IMG/VR virus record: IMGVR_UViG_3300010885_020782
Location: 1-64,000 of that record
DNA from: a virus
Length of the DNA stretch: 64,000 nucleotides
Reading direction: 5' to 3' (one strand)
Below the pieces are notes generated by a model. It saw nothing but the letters and a program-made list of their open reading frames with translations, did not search any database and was not told the DNA's origin. Shown in pieces: positions 24,901-32,596 of this stretch (position 1 is its first letter; each line of letters starts with the position of its first letter). The translations under genes and the position numbers were made by a program.

Positions 24901-25244
24901 ACCCAGGAACACCAAACCTAGGAACAAAGGTTGCTCGTCCTACTATTCAGTGGTATGACATCAACAAGGTCCTTATTCGTGAAGACCGTCCATCAGTTAA
25001 CGCAGCACTTGTTGCATCAACATATTCTGATACAGTTGCAGGAACAATTTCAACATGGCAGCCACCTTTGGCTCCAGCCAACTGTGCATACTTCCAAGTT
25101 GCAGTTGAAATGTTGAATATGTCTGCTGGTGACGTTTGCGATATTGACTTCAACACAACTCAGTATTACCCATACGTTCCTACAGGTGGAAATGGTGCTG
25201 ACGGTACTGTTATCATTCGTTACACCGAGAAGTTCACAGCGTAA
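21930..25244 (+). CDS. Glycine-rich fibre/adhesin with inserted carbohydrate-binding-like modules
   Basis: FTVPTGITAVEVIAVGGGGGGG ... TGGNGADGTVIIRY frame; inserts such as NLLMNPSF, WRRVSATFT...FDNVQVELG. Confidence 0.7.
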   Translation: MAISGSKDLIVFPNDNSGRFSIKEVQYNSNGTFTVPTGITAVEVIAVGGGGGGGGGADIIAGGGGGGGQVVQRQVPVTPGTTYNVSIGAGGHGGQGAVTAITDYINTMPGGVGGTTVFGGSTPVNLLMNPSFNKGTSLWEANNIQQVQKTATGTSGLFTIDIRPDNTGILVGMTVTGTGIGSNAVVTQIATNVITLSVINSGTVSGTLTFLLQSCTITPTSIIYNDNINLSASLGTNQSNNLIQAQYAQLEDVALTGSSFFVLDNLASITAQVSSNPYPKLAEMVSPAAIGTSSGANALICTNSTTGARLVGLSTSGSGALSGGTTGFAYDPNATYTVSMYVYHTSPTPQNLVVQLRIGDGSNYPTNNQGTSSGTGTVYSSGSPASGGYNVTQVTITAPLSGYGGTIAKTISGLQGNNFIAVDNADGLFVGQAVSGTGIGAAATVVNIAGTTITLSANNSGAVSGTGTFAHTGIVSGAWRRVSATFTGLPAYAAGLTAKWAYIGLLVPANVTMLFDNVQVELGNSATAYRPPTYNSGVGLKMISTVTTGANMEVSHDFIKATPGQIYTGSFYAWAWKEYRTTNAYLEFYDVDQNFISRTSGTASLLGTTGTKMGSTSNLQATPGRRYTVSGTAPGNAVYMRLGATFAFAANNATGGSEPEFYLAYAQLEAAGGVTFYKDGNTSGYTWAGEAHYSATITSPLLVAKGGGGGGTYNTNLRFWQFGLPGANAGGHGITNSSTTPTYGGGGAGAGGPGGNAISYSAVESASGTTSGYGTSGSTMLQNVQQQGNQGGYAVSSTSASIPTYGGDGGPGVLVNGTGTLAVTQLGGGGGGGGWNAFAQGSNNNPGRGQAGGGKGGHTYIAYLTGQGGGLITDYYARGLDAAPNTGSGGGGAGSNGGVSPLTLQTHSASQFINFETSGAPNQDMTRWAPVYNATTALLTGSTKYGTNALRTTIQDAGNAKVITSWTDFPILPRTQLFFSGFSFRLSTGSNPGTPNLGTKVARPTIQWYDINKVLIREDRPSVNAALVASTYSDTVAGTISTWQPPLAPANCAYFQVAVEMLNMSAGDVCDIDFNTTQYYPYVPTGGNGADGTVIIRYTEKFTA

Positions 25245-25261
25245 GGTATAGGAGATAAATA

Positions 25262-25552
25262 ATGAAAAAATTTGCTCTAATAGCGGCTGGCAAGGTTCAA
25301 AACATTGTCGTTGCTGAAAGCGAAGACCTAATTGGCCCAGAAGCAGCAATGTATGTTGTTGTAGATATTACTGATGAAGTACTTGCTCCATCAGTTGGCT
25401 GGACACATAACTTCAAGGAGAAAACATTTGCTCCTGAACTTCCAAAAGGAGTTCCTGCCTGGGAAGTCTTAGTTGCGGAAGAAGCAGCACCTGCTGCAAA
25501 GGCTACTTCTACAAAGAAGAAGTCTTCTGATGAAACACCTGCGGAGGAATAA
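25262..25552 (+). CDS. Small protein typical of fibre-assembly partners
   Basis: MKKFALIAAGKVQNIVVAE...PSVGWTH; AGGAG RBS; directly follows the Gly-rich gene. Confidence 0.55.
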   Translation: MKKFALIAAGKVQNIVVAESEDLIGPEAAMYVVVDITDEVLAPSVGWTHNFKEKTFAPELPKGVPAWEVLVAEEAAPAAKATSTKKKSSDETPAEE

Positions 25553-25555
25553 ATA

Positions 25556-25942
25556 ATGCCAATTACAATGTCACCACAGGTGCTAACCGCATCAACTGAT
25601 GCTTATATTACACAAGGTATCACAGCGCGTCTTCAGACTCTTTCTGGTGCTAGTGCTAATGGACCAATCACAATAAGCGTTATTGACTATCCAGTAACAG
25701 TTTTATCAAGCCAGACTGCTACATCAACCATTACATTTTCAAATGTTCCTAGCAACTTTGCAAATACTTGGTATGTTGAAACATCAAACCGTGGCTCAAA
25801 TACAGTTAACTTCTCAAACGTTACTTGGGATGGTGGAGGAACACCTACTCTTGCAACAAGCGGAAAGTCTGTACTAGAGTTCTACAGCCGTGATGGTGGA
25901 ACCACTATCTATGGTCGCGTTCGTTTTGCAAATATTGCATAA
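25556..25942 (+). CDS. Hypothetical small beta-rich virion protein
   Basis: TITFSNVPS...VTWDGGGTPTL..SGKSVLEFYSRDGGTTIYG; GAGG RBS. Confidence 0.65.
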   Translation: MPITMSPQVLTASTDAYITQGITARLQTLSGASANGPITISVIDYPVTVLSSQTATSTITFSNVPSNFANTWYVETSNRGSNTVNFSNVTWDGGGTPTLATSGKSVLEFYSRDGGTTIYGRVRFANIA

Positions 25943-25956
25943 TAATTAAGTAGCCT

Positions 25957-25990
25957 AAACCCCGTGCCTCCTGGTGCGGGGTTTTTGCTT
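25957..25990 (+). terminator. Rho-independent terminator ending the fibre operon
   Basis: aaaccccgtgcc-tcct-ggtgcggggttt stem followed by a T-rich tract. Confidence 0.85.
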
Positions 25991-25999
25991 TGTTTGGGG

Positions 26000-26014
26000 T
26001 AGACTACCCGCATG
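26000..26014 (+). promoter_or_regulatory. TANNNT -10 element (TAGACT) 6 nt before ATG; probable leaderless transcript
   Basis: ggggTAGACTacccgcATG with no Shine-Dalgarno sequence. Confidence 0.55.
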
Positions 26015-27100
26015 GCTAAAGTAAAAGTTGCTGTATACACCATTGCCCTTAATGAAGAGAAGCACGTTGAACGCTGGTATAACTCAGTAAAAGATGACGC
26101 TGACTATCTCTTAATTGCCGATACAGGCTCTACTGACCGCACTATTGAGATTGCTAAATCTTTAGGTATCAATGTTGTTTCTATTACAGTCAAACCATGG
26201 CGCTTTGATGTAGGAAGAAATGCATCACTTGCTTTTGTTCCAACAGATATTGATTACTGTCTTCCACTAGATATGGACGAGATTATGTTGCCTGGTTGGA
26301 AAGATGAACTACAAAAAGCCTTTGACAATCATGCCACACGTCCGCGTTATGACTATGTGTGGAACTTTAATGAAGATGGTACCCCAGGGACAACCTTTAA
26401 GGGAGATAAACTTCATGCTCGCCACGGATATCGTTGGAAAAACCCTGTTCACGAAATTTTAGTACCTGACCGCATTCAAGAAATTCAATATCATACAAAC
26501 GCTGTAATGGAGCATCACGCTGACAACACTAAGTCACGAGCCCAATATTTAGATTTGTTAAAACTATCTATTGATGAAGACCCGTATGACGATAGAAATA
26601 CTTTTTACTATGCACGAGAGTGCTACTTCTATCGTCAATACGAAGAAGCAACAATATATTTTAAAAAGCATCTTAGTATGCCAAATGCCACATGGGATAT
26701 GGAACGCGCCGCATCTATGCGTTACATAGGAATTATGAATCAAGACGAGTGCGAGCATTGGTTTAATATGGCAATTAAAGAGGCTCCAGGACGCCGTGAG
26801 CCGTATGTAGAGTTGGCTAAGTATTATTACAACACCTCTAAGTGGAAAGAGTGCTACGAGAATGCCATAACAGCACTAGCAATCAAAGAGCGTCCGCAAG
26901 AGTATCTTTGTGAAGCCGATGCCTGGGGCTACTTGCCACATGACTTTGCTTCAATTGCTTGTTATAGGTTAGGCAACTATGCTCAGGCAGTAACTCACGC
27001 ACAAGATGCTATAAAGATGGCTCTTCCAAACGAAATGGAACGACTTCTTAAAAACTTAGAGTTCTGTGAACAAGCGATGAAAGAGGCAGACAGTGACTGA
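26012..27100 (+). CDS. Glycosyltransferase family 2 with C-terminal TPR repeats
   Basis: VAVYTIALNEEK, IADTGSTDRT, WRFDVGRNASL, LDMDE (DxD), WKNPVHE, followed by TPR-like helices (DRNTFYYARE, RREPYVELA). Confidence 0.9.
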   Translation: MAKVKVAVYTIALNEEKHVERWYNSVKDDADYLLIADTGSTDRTIEIAKSLGINVVSITVKPWRFDVGRNASLAFVPTDIDYCLPLDMDEIMLPGWKDELQKAFDNHATRPRYDYVWNFNEDGTPGTTFKGDKLHARHGYRWKNPVHEILVPDRIQEIQYHTNAVMEHHADNTKSRAQYLDLLKLSIDEDPYDDRNTFYYARECYFYRQYEEATIYFKKHLSMPNATWDMERAASMRYIGIMNQDECEHWFNMAIKEAPGRREPYVELAKYYYNTSKWKECYENAITALAIKERPQEYLCEADAWGYLPHDFASIACYRLGNYAQAVTHAQDAIKMALPNEMERLLKNLEFCEQAMKEADSD

Positions 27101-27677
27101 ACTACCTAATTGGTTTTTAGCAGTAGATGGGCCAGGAATTTTTGAGCGTCATCTATCTTCAAAAAGAATGGAAGAAATTCATTGTTTGCAGGTTGGAGCC
27201 TATAAAGGTGATGCATCTGTATGGCTTATTGAAAACATACTATTTCACCCAAAATCTACATTAACTGATGTAGATACCTGGGGAGGCTCTAACGAGGTTG
27301 CTCACGACTCTCTTGATTGGAATGAAGTAGAGCAAGCCTATAATGCTCAGACAGGTTCCTATGTTGAGTCTGGTCGAATTATTAAAAAGAAAATGACTAG
27401 CGATGAGTTTTTTGCAACTAAAGATTCAAAAAGTCTATACGATTTTATTTATATAGATGGTGACCATGAAGCAGTTCCTGTTTTAAAAGACGGTATGAAT
27501 GCTGTAGAGGCTCTTAAAGTAGGCGGTATTTTGGCTTTTGATGATTACCAATGGGATGCAGGAAAAGGTCCAGCCTACCGACCAAGAGCAGCAGTTGATG
27601 CAATAATGCTCTGCTACTCAAATCGTTTTAAAGTATTAGAGATAGGACTACAAGTTTGGTTAGTTAAGATTTCTTAA
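27093..27677 (+). CDS. Class I SAM-dependent methyltransferase (Methyltransf_24-like), coupled to the GT2-TPR gene
   Basis: LQVGAYKGDAS, VDTWGGS, YDFIYIDGDH, LKVGGILAFDDY; start overlaps the upstream stop. Confidence 0.88.
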   Translation: MTELPNWFLAVDGPGIFERHLSSKRMEEIHCLQVGAYKGDASVWLIENILFHPKSTLTDVDTWGGSNEVAHDSLDWNEVEQAYNAQTGSYVESGRIIKKKMTSDEFFATKDSKSLYDFIYIDGDHEAVPVLKDGMNAVEALKVGGILAFDDYQWDAGKGPAYRPRAAVDAIMLCYSNRFKVLEIGLQVWLVKIS

Positions 27678-28194
27678 CTCGTTTACTTTTTTTCTCTAGT
27701 TTTTCTTTTTCTTTTAGTTGCTTAGCAAGTTTATCTTCGCGCTCTAACTTATAAGCATCTACCGCGTTAGCACTTGTTCGACTGCGCCAAGCAAATCCAC
27801 ACTCCGTGCAAGTAACAATTTTTGCTGTGGTCCAGCGACCAGTAGTAGATAGTTGTTCAATAGATACTTCCAGTTTTCCTGGACGCGCTGTGCAATGAGG
27901 ACAGTTCGGGTAGCGACGTCTGCGTGTCTCTTCACCTAAGTAAGATACAGATAGCGCTCTACGAATCTCTACTTCGTCTTTGCCGCCCCATACACCCCAG
28001 ATTTGACGATGCTCTAGAGCCCACTGAAGACATTGTTTACGGACAGGGCAGGTAAAACACATATTCTTTGCCGCATATTTTTCTGAGAAGTCCTTTGAAA
28101 AAAACCAGTCAATATACTCCCTATTTTTAGGTAGTGCACACACTGCTTCTCTTTGCCACTCAAGGCTATTTGCTGGCTTCCACATAATAAACAA
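27664..28194 (-). CDS. whiB: WhiB-family Fe-S transcription factor with an extra C-terminal CxxC...CxxC zinc-ribbon-like domain and basic tail; likely start 28185
   Basis: C...CxxCPVRKQC, WGVWGG; then CPHC...CTEC and KEKEKLEKKSKRVKKS. Confidence 0.88.
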   Translation of the reverse strand: MFIMWKPANSLEWQREAVCALPKNREYIDWFFSKDFSEKYAAKNMCFTCPVRKQCLQWALEHRQIWGVWGGKDEVEIRRALSVSYLGEETRRRRYPNCPHCTARPGKLEVSIEQLSTTGRWTTAKIVTCTECGFAWRSRTSANAVDAYKLEREDKLAKQLKEKEKLEKKSKRVKKS

Positions 28195-28245
28195 TAATAC
28201 ACTAAACAGTCTAAAAATTATGTAACTAAAGCAAACTAATTTTTA

Positions 28246-28584
28246 TTAAATTTCTACCCAAGTAATTGGCTGAATATCTTGAACTATATCACCATATTCA
28301 GTTTCGCCAGTCTCATCGCAAGCGTATAAATCCGTATCTTCTTCAAACGTGCCTATCCAACCGCAAACAACTTTTGAAAGTTCAAGTCGTTTAAAAGCAT
28401 CTCCTAGAGAATCAACAACTCCATCGCGTTGAATTGTGGAGGCCAATGCTTTTCTAATAAGTTCATGCTCGATGTCAATGTGGTCAATAGTAAAATAGAT
28501 AAGAGAGTCGCTTCTTTCTTGGGACAGCCCGCAACCCGACCATTCAGACCACAGGTGCTCCCCGTGGCGTGTGTCTTTTGCCAT
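28246..28584 (-). CDS. Hypothetical acidic protein
   Basis: Full ORF with GGAG-like RBS in a tightly packed operon. Confidence 0.65.
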   Translation of the reverse strand: MAKDTRHGEHLWSEWSGCGLSQERSDSLIYFTIDHIDIEHELIRKALASTIQRDGVVDSLGDAFKRLELSKVVCGWIGTFEEDTDLYACDETGETEYGDIVQDIQPITWVEI

Positions 28585-28599
28585 TACTAGACTCCGAAT

Positions 28600-28893
28600 C
28601 TACTCGTCGTCTATAGTATCAAATTCGTATTCAAAATCCTTGGCTGAGTCATCAGTAAGAAAGTAAACTTTTTGTGGGTCTTTTAATTCATATATTCCTG
28701 CAATAGTTATAGCACCACACATACAGCAGACATCAACATTTCCTGACTCAAAAATTTCAGGAGTTTTTACTCCAACAAGACGCATCATAATGTTGCCTTC
28801 TTCGTTAACGCTCTGTGGTTCCCAGTTTGCGTTATCTTGAAGCCAGCATATTTCGCACATAGCCATAGGACTAAGTACAGGCTCTGCTGCCAT
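28600..28893 (-). CDS. Hypothetical protein with CxxC and CCxC pairs (possible Zn binding)
   Basis: MCEICW...VCCMCG; GAGAGG RBS. Confidence 0.65.
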   Translation of the reverse strand: MAAEPVLSPMAMCEICWLQDNANWEPQSVNEEGNIMMRLVGVKTPEIFESGNVDVCCMCGAITIAGIYELKDPQKVYFLTDDSAKDFEYEFDTIDDE

Positions 28894-28952
28894 TTCAAAC
28901 CTCTCTTTCTAGAGGTATGGTTTACAGCATAATTCTATCTCTATTTTGTATC

Positions 28953-29216
28953 CTATAGAGAAATATTAATGTGCCTTGCTCGTCTTATTTGAACTCTTTC
29001 TCTAGGCGTAAGTCCACCCCAGATGCCAAATGCTTCGTGAACAATTCCCCACTCAGCGCACTCTGTCCTATAAATACAAGAGGAGCAAAGTTTTCTTGCT
29101 TCTTTGTGGTCGTAAGAAGATGTTTCTGGGTCTTCATCTATATCTTGTATATAAAAAACGTCAAGTCCAACTTCTGCACAGGTTGGATTTTCAAATTCCC
29201 AAGGTTTGCGGGACAC
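28953..29216 (-). CDS. whiB: WhiB-family transcription factor
   Basis: PTCAEVG...F...CSSCIYRTEC...FGIWGGLTPRER. Confidence 0.92.
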   Translation of the reverse strand: MSRKPWEFENPTCAEVGLDVFYIQDIDEDPETSSYDHKEARKLCSSCIYRTECAEWGIVHEAFGIWGGLTPRERVQIRRARHINISL

Positions 29217-29235
29217 GGGAAACCTTTCTTAAAAG

Positions 29236-29559
29236 TTAGTTGTTGGATTTTTTATTATGTTCTAGCGAGCCCACCTCATACCCGCATCCTGCATATCCCG
29301 CAATATCAATCCATGTGTCAGGTTGGTAGCCAGACTTAGATGCATAGCGTGCCACCTTAAGCCCAACCATCATCATTGCCACATCTTCATTACTAATTGG
29401 CACTCCTAAAATTACTGACCAAATCTGAGCAGTTCTTTCAAAATTATCTTCGGGAGAACCGTACTGTTTGTTTCTATCACCAGAAATAATCTTTGCTGCT
29501 TCTCTTAACGCTTCAACACGAAGAGGGTTTTGCTGGGTTGTCTCATTATCTGTATTCAT
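29236..29559 (-). CDS. DUF6378-like all-helical phage protein
   Basis: EAAKIISGDRNKQYGSPEDNFERTAQIW...DVAMMMVGLKVAR...DTWIDIAGYA. Confidence 0.75.
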   Translation of the reverse strand: MNTDNETTQQNPLRVEALREAAKIISGDRNKQYGSPEDNFERTAQIWSVILGVPISNEDVAMMMVGLKVARYASKSGYQPDTWIDIAGYAGCGYEVGSLEHNKKSNN

Positions 29560-29746
29560 CTTTAATCCTCGCTATGACTTGGGCAGTGTATGTCTTGTTA
29601 TCTGTGCCATCTTCTACAATAATCTCGTAGGTTAGATTATGAGACGTTGTTGGGCCAGTGTATGCATTAATTTTTTCCTCAGCAATACTGACAATCTCGT
29701 TGTGGTTCTTAGCGTTTACAGAAAACTTATATGTAGTTGTTGGCAT
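29546..29746 (-). CDS. Hypothetical protein
   Basis: Tightly packed ORF overlapping the downstream start. Confidence 0.6.
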   Translation of the reverse strand: MPTTTYKFSVNAKNHNEIVSIAEEKINAYTGPTTSHNLTYEIIVEDGTDNKTYTAQVIARIKDEYR

Positions 29747-29748
29747 TG

Positions 29749-30168
29749 TTATACCAACTTTTCCAAGTTTTCTGGTTTAAAGTGAATTCCATCTAGCACT
29801 GGAGTCTTGCCATCATCTGTCTTAACAATGACATCTCCATAACGAACTCCGACAACTCGTCCTCTACGTCCGTTGTATGCCTTACCTTGCTCTCCGTCAA
29901 AAGCATTGCTACGGACTCGAACAGTGTCTGCTACTTTAATAAATCCTGCCTGAGCAACAATCCACGACTCGTTTGGGTTGTCCTCCACTATTGAGTGACC
30001 TAAAGCCAACTTACTAAAGATGTTGATAATGTCTTTAGCATTTTTATCTGTTGGCTGTTTTAGTTGTTCCCAAGTAGCAAGAAGTTTTAAAACCGAATCT
30101 CCAACAACCTTTTTAGTTTTATTCTCGGTGAGTTGACTTCTCACCCAATCATTATCTACTTCAGCCAT
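29749..30168 (-). CDS. Hypothetical protein with helical N-terminus and SH3/KOW-like C-terminal barrel
   Basis: IKVADTVRVRS...GRRGRVVGVRYGDVIVKTDDG; AGGAG RBS. Confidence 0.6.
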   Translation of the reverse strand: MAEVDNDWVRSQLTENKTKKVVGDSVLKLLATWEQLKQPTDKNAKDIINIFSKLALGHSIVEDNPNESWIVAQAGFIKVADTVRVRSNAFDGEQGKAYNGRRGRVVGVRYGDVIVKTDDGKTPVLDGIHFKPENLEKLV

Positions 30169-30187
30169 GTTCGTCTCCTATATCTGC

Positions 30188-31213
30188 TTAGTTAGTAGCG
30201 TAGTCTTTTTCAAACAATGTTTCAACCACAGAATTTTTAAATGTTTCCCAGGTTGGAATATTGTTTTTATATGATTCTTTTTGAGTATTAGCGTGAACTA
30301 GTCGTTCTTCTTTAGACATCTCTTCAATAACAAAAGGAAGAACTCCCCACTCTGGTCCCATACCGACAGTAAGTCTCCAGTCAGTAACTACAGGAACACC
30401 AACAAACAATGCTTGAGCAAGGCTTGGTAGCCACCACGAAGCACCATCACGATACGTTGAAATAAGAGCACCAGTTGCATTATTTAGTTTTACTAGAATA
30501 TCTTGATTAGTTTCGGCTCTGCCGTCACGGTATTGCACAGTTTCTTGAGTCAAATGTTTTTTTGTTTTTTTAAACCAATCTGTCTTCGGGTCATCAATGC
30601 ACCAATATCCGCCCTCAGCAAGCCCTCTAGGGCCTCTTTCAATACTAAGAAGAGCAGAGTCTGGAACTAAAGCAAAGACATTGCTGGGGTCAATGTTCGG
30701 GATGTATTTAAAAATAGACTCTGGTTTTGTCCAAGGGTAGCCAGGAATTATTGTTTTAGGCCACATCTCTGTGTAAAGTTTTGAAAGACCAGCAAACACT
30801 TTTTCAAAGTTTTTTGGTTCAAGCGTGTCATTAAATTCTTTACGCTTTATATAAAAATCTTTTACAAGTTCTTTAGGGTTTTTATATACACCTCTAAGCC
30901 CATTCCATACTTTGTGTGGCTCAGGAGCATCAACAAAAATACATAAGTTACCTAGTTCGTAAGCAATGTTTACTACGGATAACGCACCGTAAAGCCTGTG
31001 AGATGTTAGTCCCATCGGGGAAGACATACCGACAAGCACCGCATCAAATTGAGATAAGTAGTCCTTATCCATTTTAATTGATGGGTCTGACCAAGTTACG
31101 TCACATCCAGATTGGGTTAGAGCAAGATAAACAATTCCAGCAAAAGAAGGAAGACTCTCGCTTGCAGTTTTAGAGGCTTGTGGAGATGTGCAGCCTGTCA
31201 TAAAAACTTTCAT
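30188..31213 (-). CDS. Putative GT-B-fold glycosyltransferase-like protein
   Basis: Two Rossmann-like halves (MKVFMTG...FDAVLVG; ...GALISTY...SLAQALFVGVPVVTD, reminiscent of GT-B EA...G.PVV). Confidence 0.5.
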   Translation of the reverse strand: MKVFMTGCTSPQASKTASESLPSFAGIVYLALTQSGCDVTWSDPSIKMDKDYLSQFDAVLVGMSSPMGLTSHRLYGALSVVNIAYELGNLCIFVDAPEPHKVWNGLRGVYKNPKELVKDFYIKRKEFNDTLEPKNFEKVFAGLSKLYTEMWPKTIIPGYPWTKPESIFKYIPNIDPSNVFALVPDSALLSIERGPRGLAEGGYWCIDDPKTDWFKKTKKHLTQETVQYRDGRAETNQDILVKLNNATGALISTYRDGASWWLPSLAQALFVGVPVVTDWRLTVGMGPEWGVLPFVIEEMSKEERLVHANTQKESYKNNIPTWETFKNSVVETLFEKDYATN

Positions 31214-31279
31214 TAATCCTCTTTCCTAATTGCCAAGAACCACCCAACGATAAACGTTGGGCGGTTCCTAGCATCATTA

Positions 31280-31816
31280 TTAGAACGGTGCTGCTGGTGC
31301 TTGTGTGGCTGAAGCAGGCGCTGGCGCTGGCGCTGGAGCAGGTGCTGGCGCTGGCGCTGGAGCAGGTGCTGGAGCAGCAGCCATTGCTGGTGCTGCTGGT
31401 GCCTGACCAGAAACTACTGGATAGTAGTTCTTGATTTCGTTCTTCTTTGTGCCATTCCATGTGCGAGTTCCGACCTGTGCTCGGAAACGACGACCATTAA
31501 TGGCTTGCTCAATCTGAGCGTTTGACGGAGATTGCAAAAAGAAATCACGAGGGATTCCTAGTGCGTGCATCTTCTTAAAGAAGATACCCATTGCTGCATT
31601 GTTTTCAGGGGAAACCACTAAGTTATCCCAAACAAGGCGCTTATTGTGTGGCCCACCTTCGACCTGTGTTTTCACAGAGAACATAGTTTTTCCACTCTGT
31701 GTAACTTTTGCAGTTGCTTCAACTACAACGACGTCGTAATCGCCGTCTGGTAGTGGTTCATAACTGCTTGACTCACCAGCATCGCGGACCAAGTCCGCCC
31801 AATTTAGTGTACTCAT
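31280..31816 (-). CDS. DUF669-type single-stranded DNA-binding protein with an (AP)n tail
   Basis: [14 protein letters not shown]...[15 protein letters not shown]...VWDNL...NEIKNY, followed by PAPAPAP...APF. Confidence 0.8.
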   Translation of the reverse strand: [178 protein letters not shown]

Positions 31817-31822
31817 GGCTTC

Positions 31823-32596
31823 CTATTCCTTAGTTGTTTTTTCTGTTGTCTGCTTCTCACCAAAAATAGTGTTAAGCATAACCTCGATGGAGAGTTTATC
31901 TTGTTCAACAATTGAACCAAGACGACCCTGAACACGTTCTCCTGCTTCGTATTCATTTGTTCGTTCAACATACATACGACGAACTTTGTATGGCCCCTGC
32001 ATTGGGTCTGGGTTTGGAACCGTCTCCACTGTCAGTGCGCCGAGAATGTCATAAAAATATGGAGCCTGAATTGCAAGTTGTCCCTGCAAATATGGCTTAT
32101 GACGACCATCTTGTGCTGTTCTAGACATTGCTGTAAGAACAACAGCCTCAAGAGGGTTTGTAGCGTGCATTGTTAAGTCACGCAAGTCGCGTAGAAGACC
32201 ACCCATGTGACGAAGTAACTCGCCCCACTGTTGCATCTTCATTTGTTCGTTACCTGCGATGCTGTCCATACACTTCACTTGTAGTTCAGAGATTGAGTCA
32301 ATAATCAAACTCTTGAAGTGATGGCGACCAAGTTGTAGCCATTGATAAGTCTTAATGACTGTGTCGTAATCACGAACTGTGACTACACAAGTATCCCAAG
32401 TTCCATCTGCAATAGGTGGTTCCTCCCGCAGTGGGTCCCAATACTTGACAACGATAGGGAGGAAGCGGTGTCCACCCTCAACGTCAAGCATGAGTCGTGG
32501 GTATGGTGCAGTTACAGCAAAGGAGGATTTACCAACCTTTGATTCCCCATAAACCATAACCGTCAAAGAGCGTTGAATTTCGCTCATATATGTCAC
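31823..32596 (-). CDS. AAA_24/Sak4-like ATPase (recombinase)
   Basis: VYGESKVGKSSF, LDVEGG, IIDSISELQ; adjacent to SSB and exonuclease genes. Confidence 0.82.
   Translation of the reverse strand: MTYMSEIQRSLTVMVYGESKVGKSSFAVTAPYPRLMLDVEGGHRFLPIVVKYWDPLREEPPIADGTWDTCVVTVRDYDTVIKTYQWLQLGRHHFKSLIIDSISELQVKCMDSIAGNEQMKMQQWGELLRHMGGLLRDLRDLTMHATNPLEAVVLTAMSRTAQDGRHKPYLQGQLAIQAPYFYDILGALTVETVPNPDPMQGPYKVRRMYVERTNEYEAGERVQGRLGSIVEQDKLSIEVMLNTIFGEKQTTEKTTKE

Noticed and set aside
28899-28916. 6-bp hairpin (acctct/agaggt) over an RBS
   Set aside because: Short enough to arise by chance next to a purine-rich SD; no further support.
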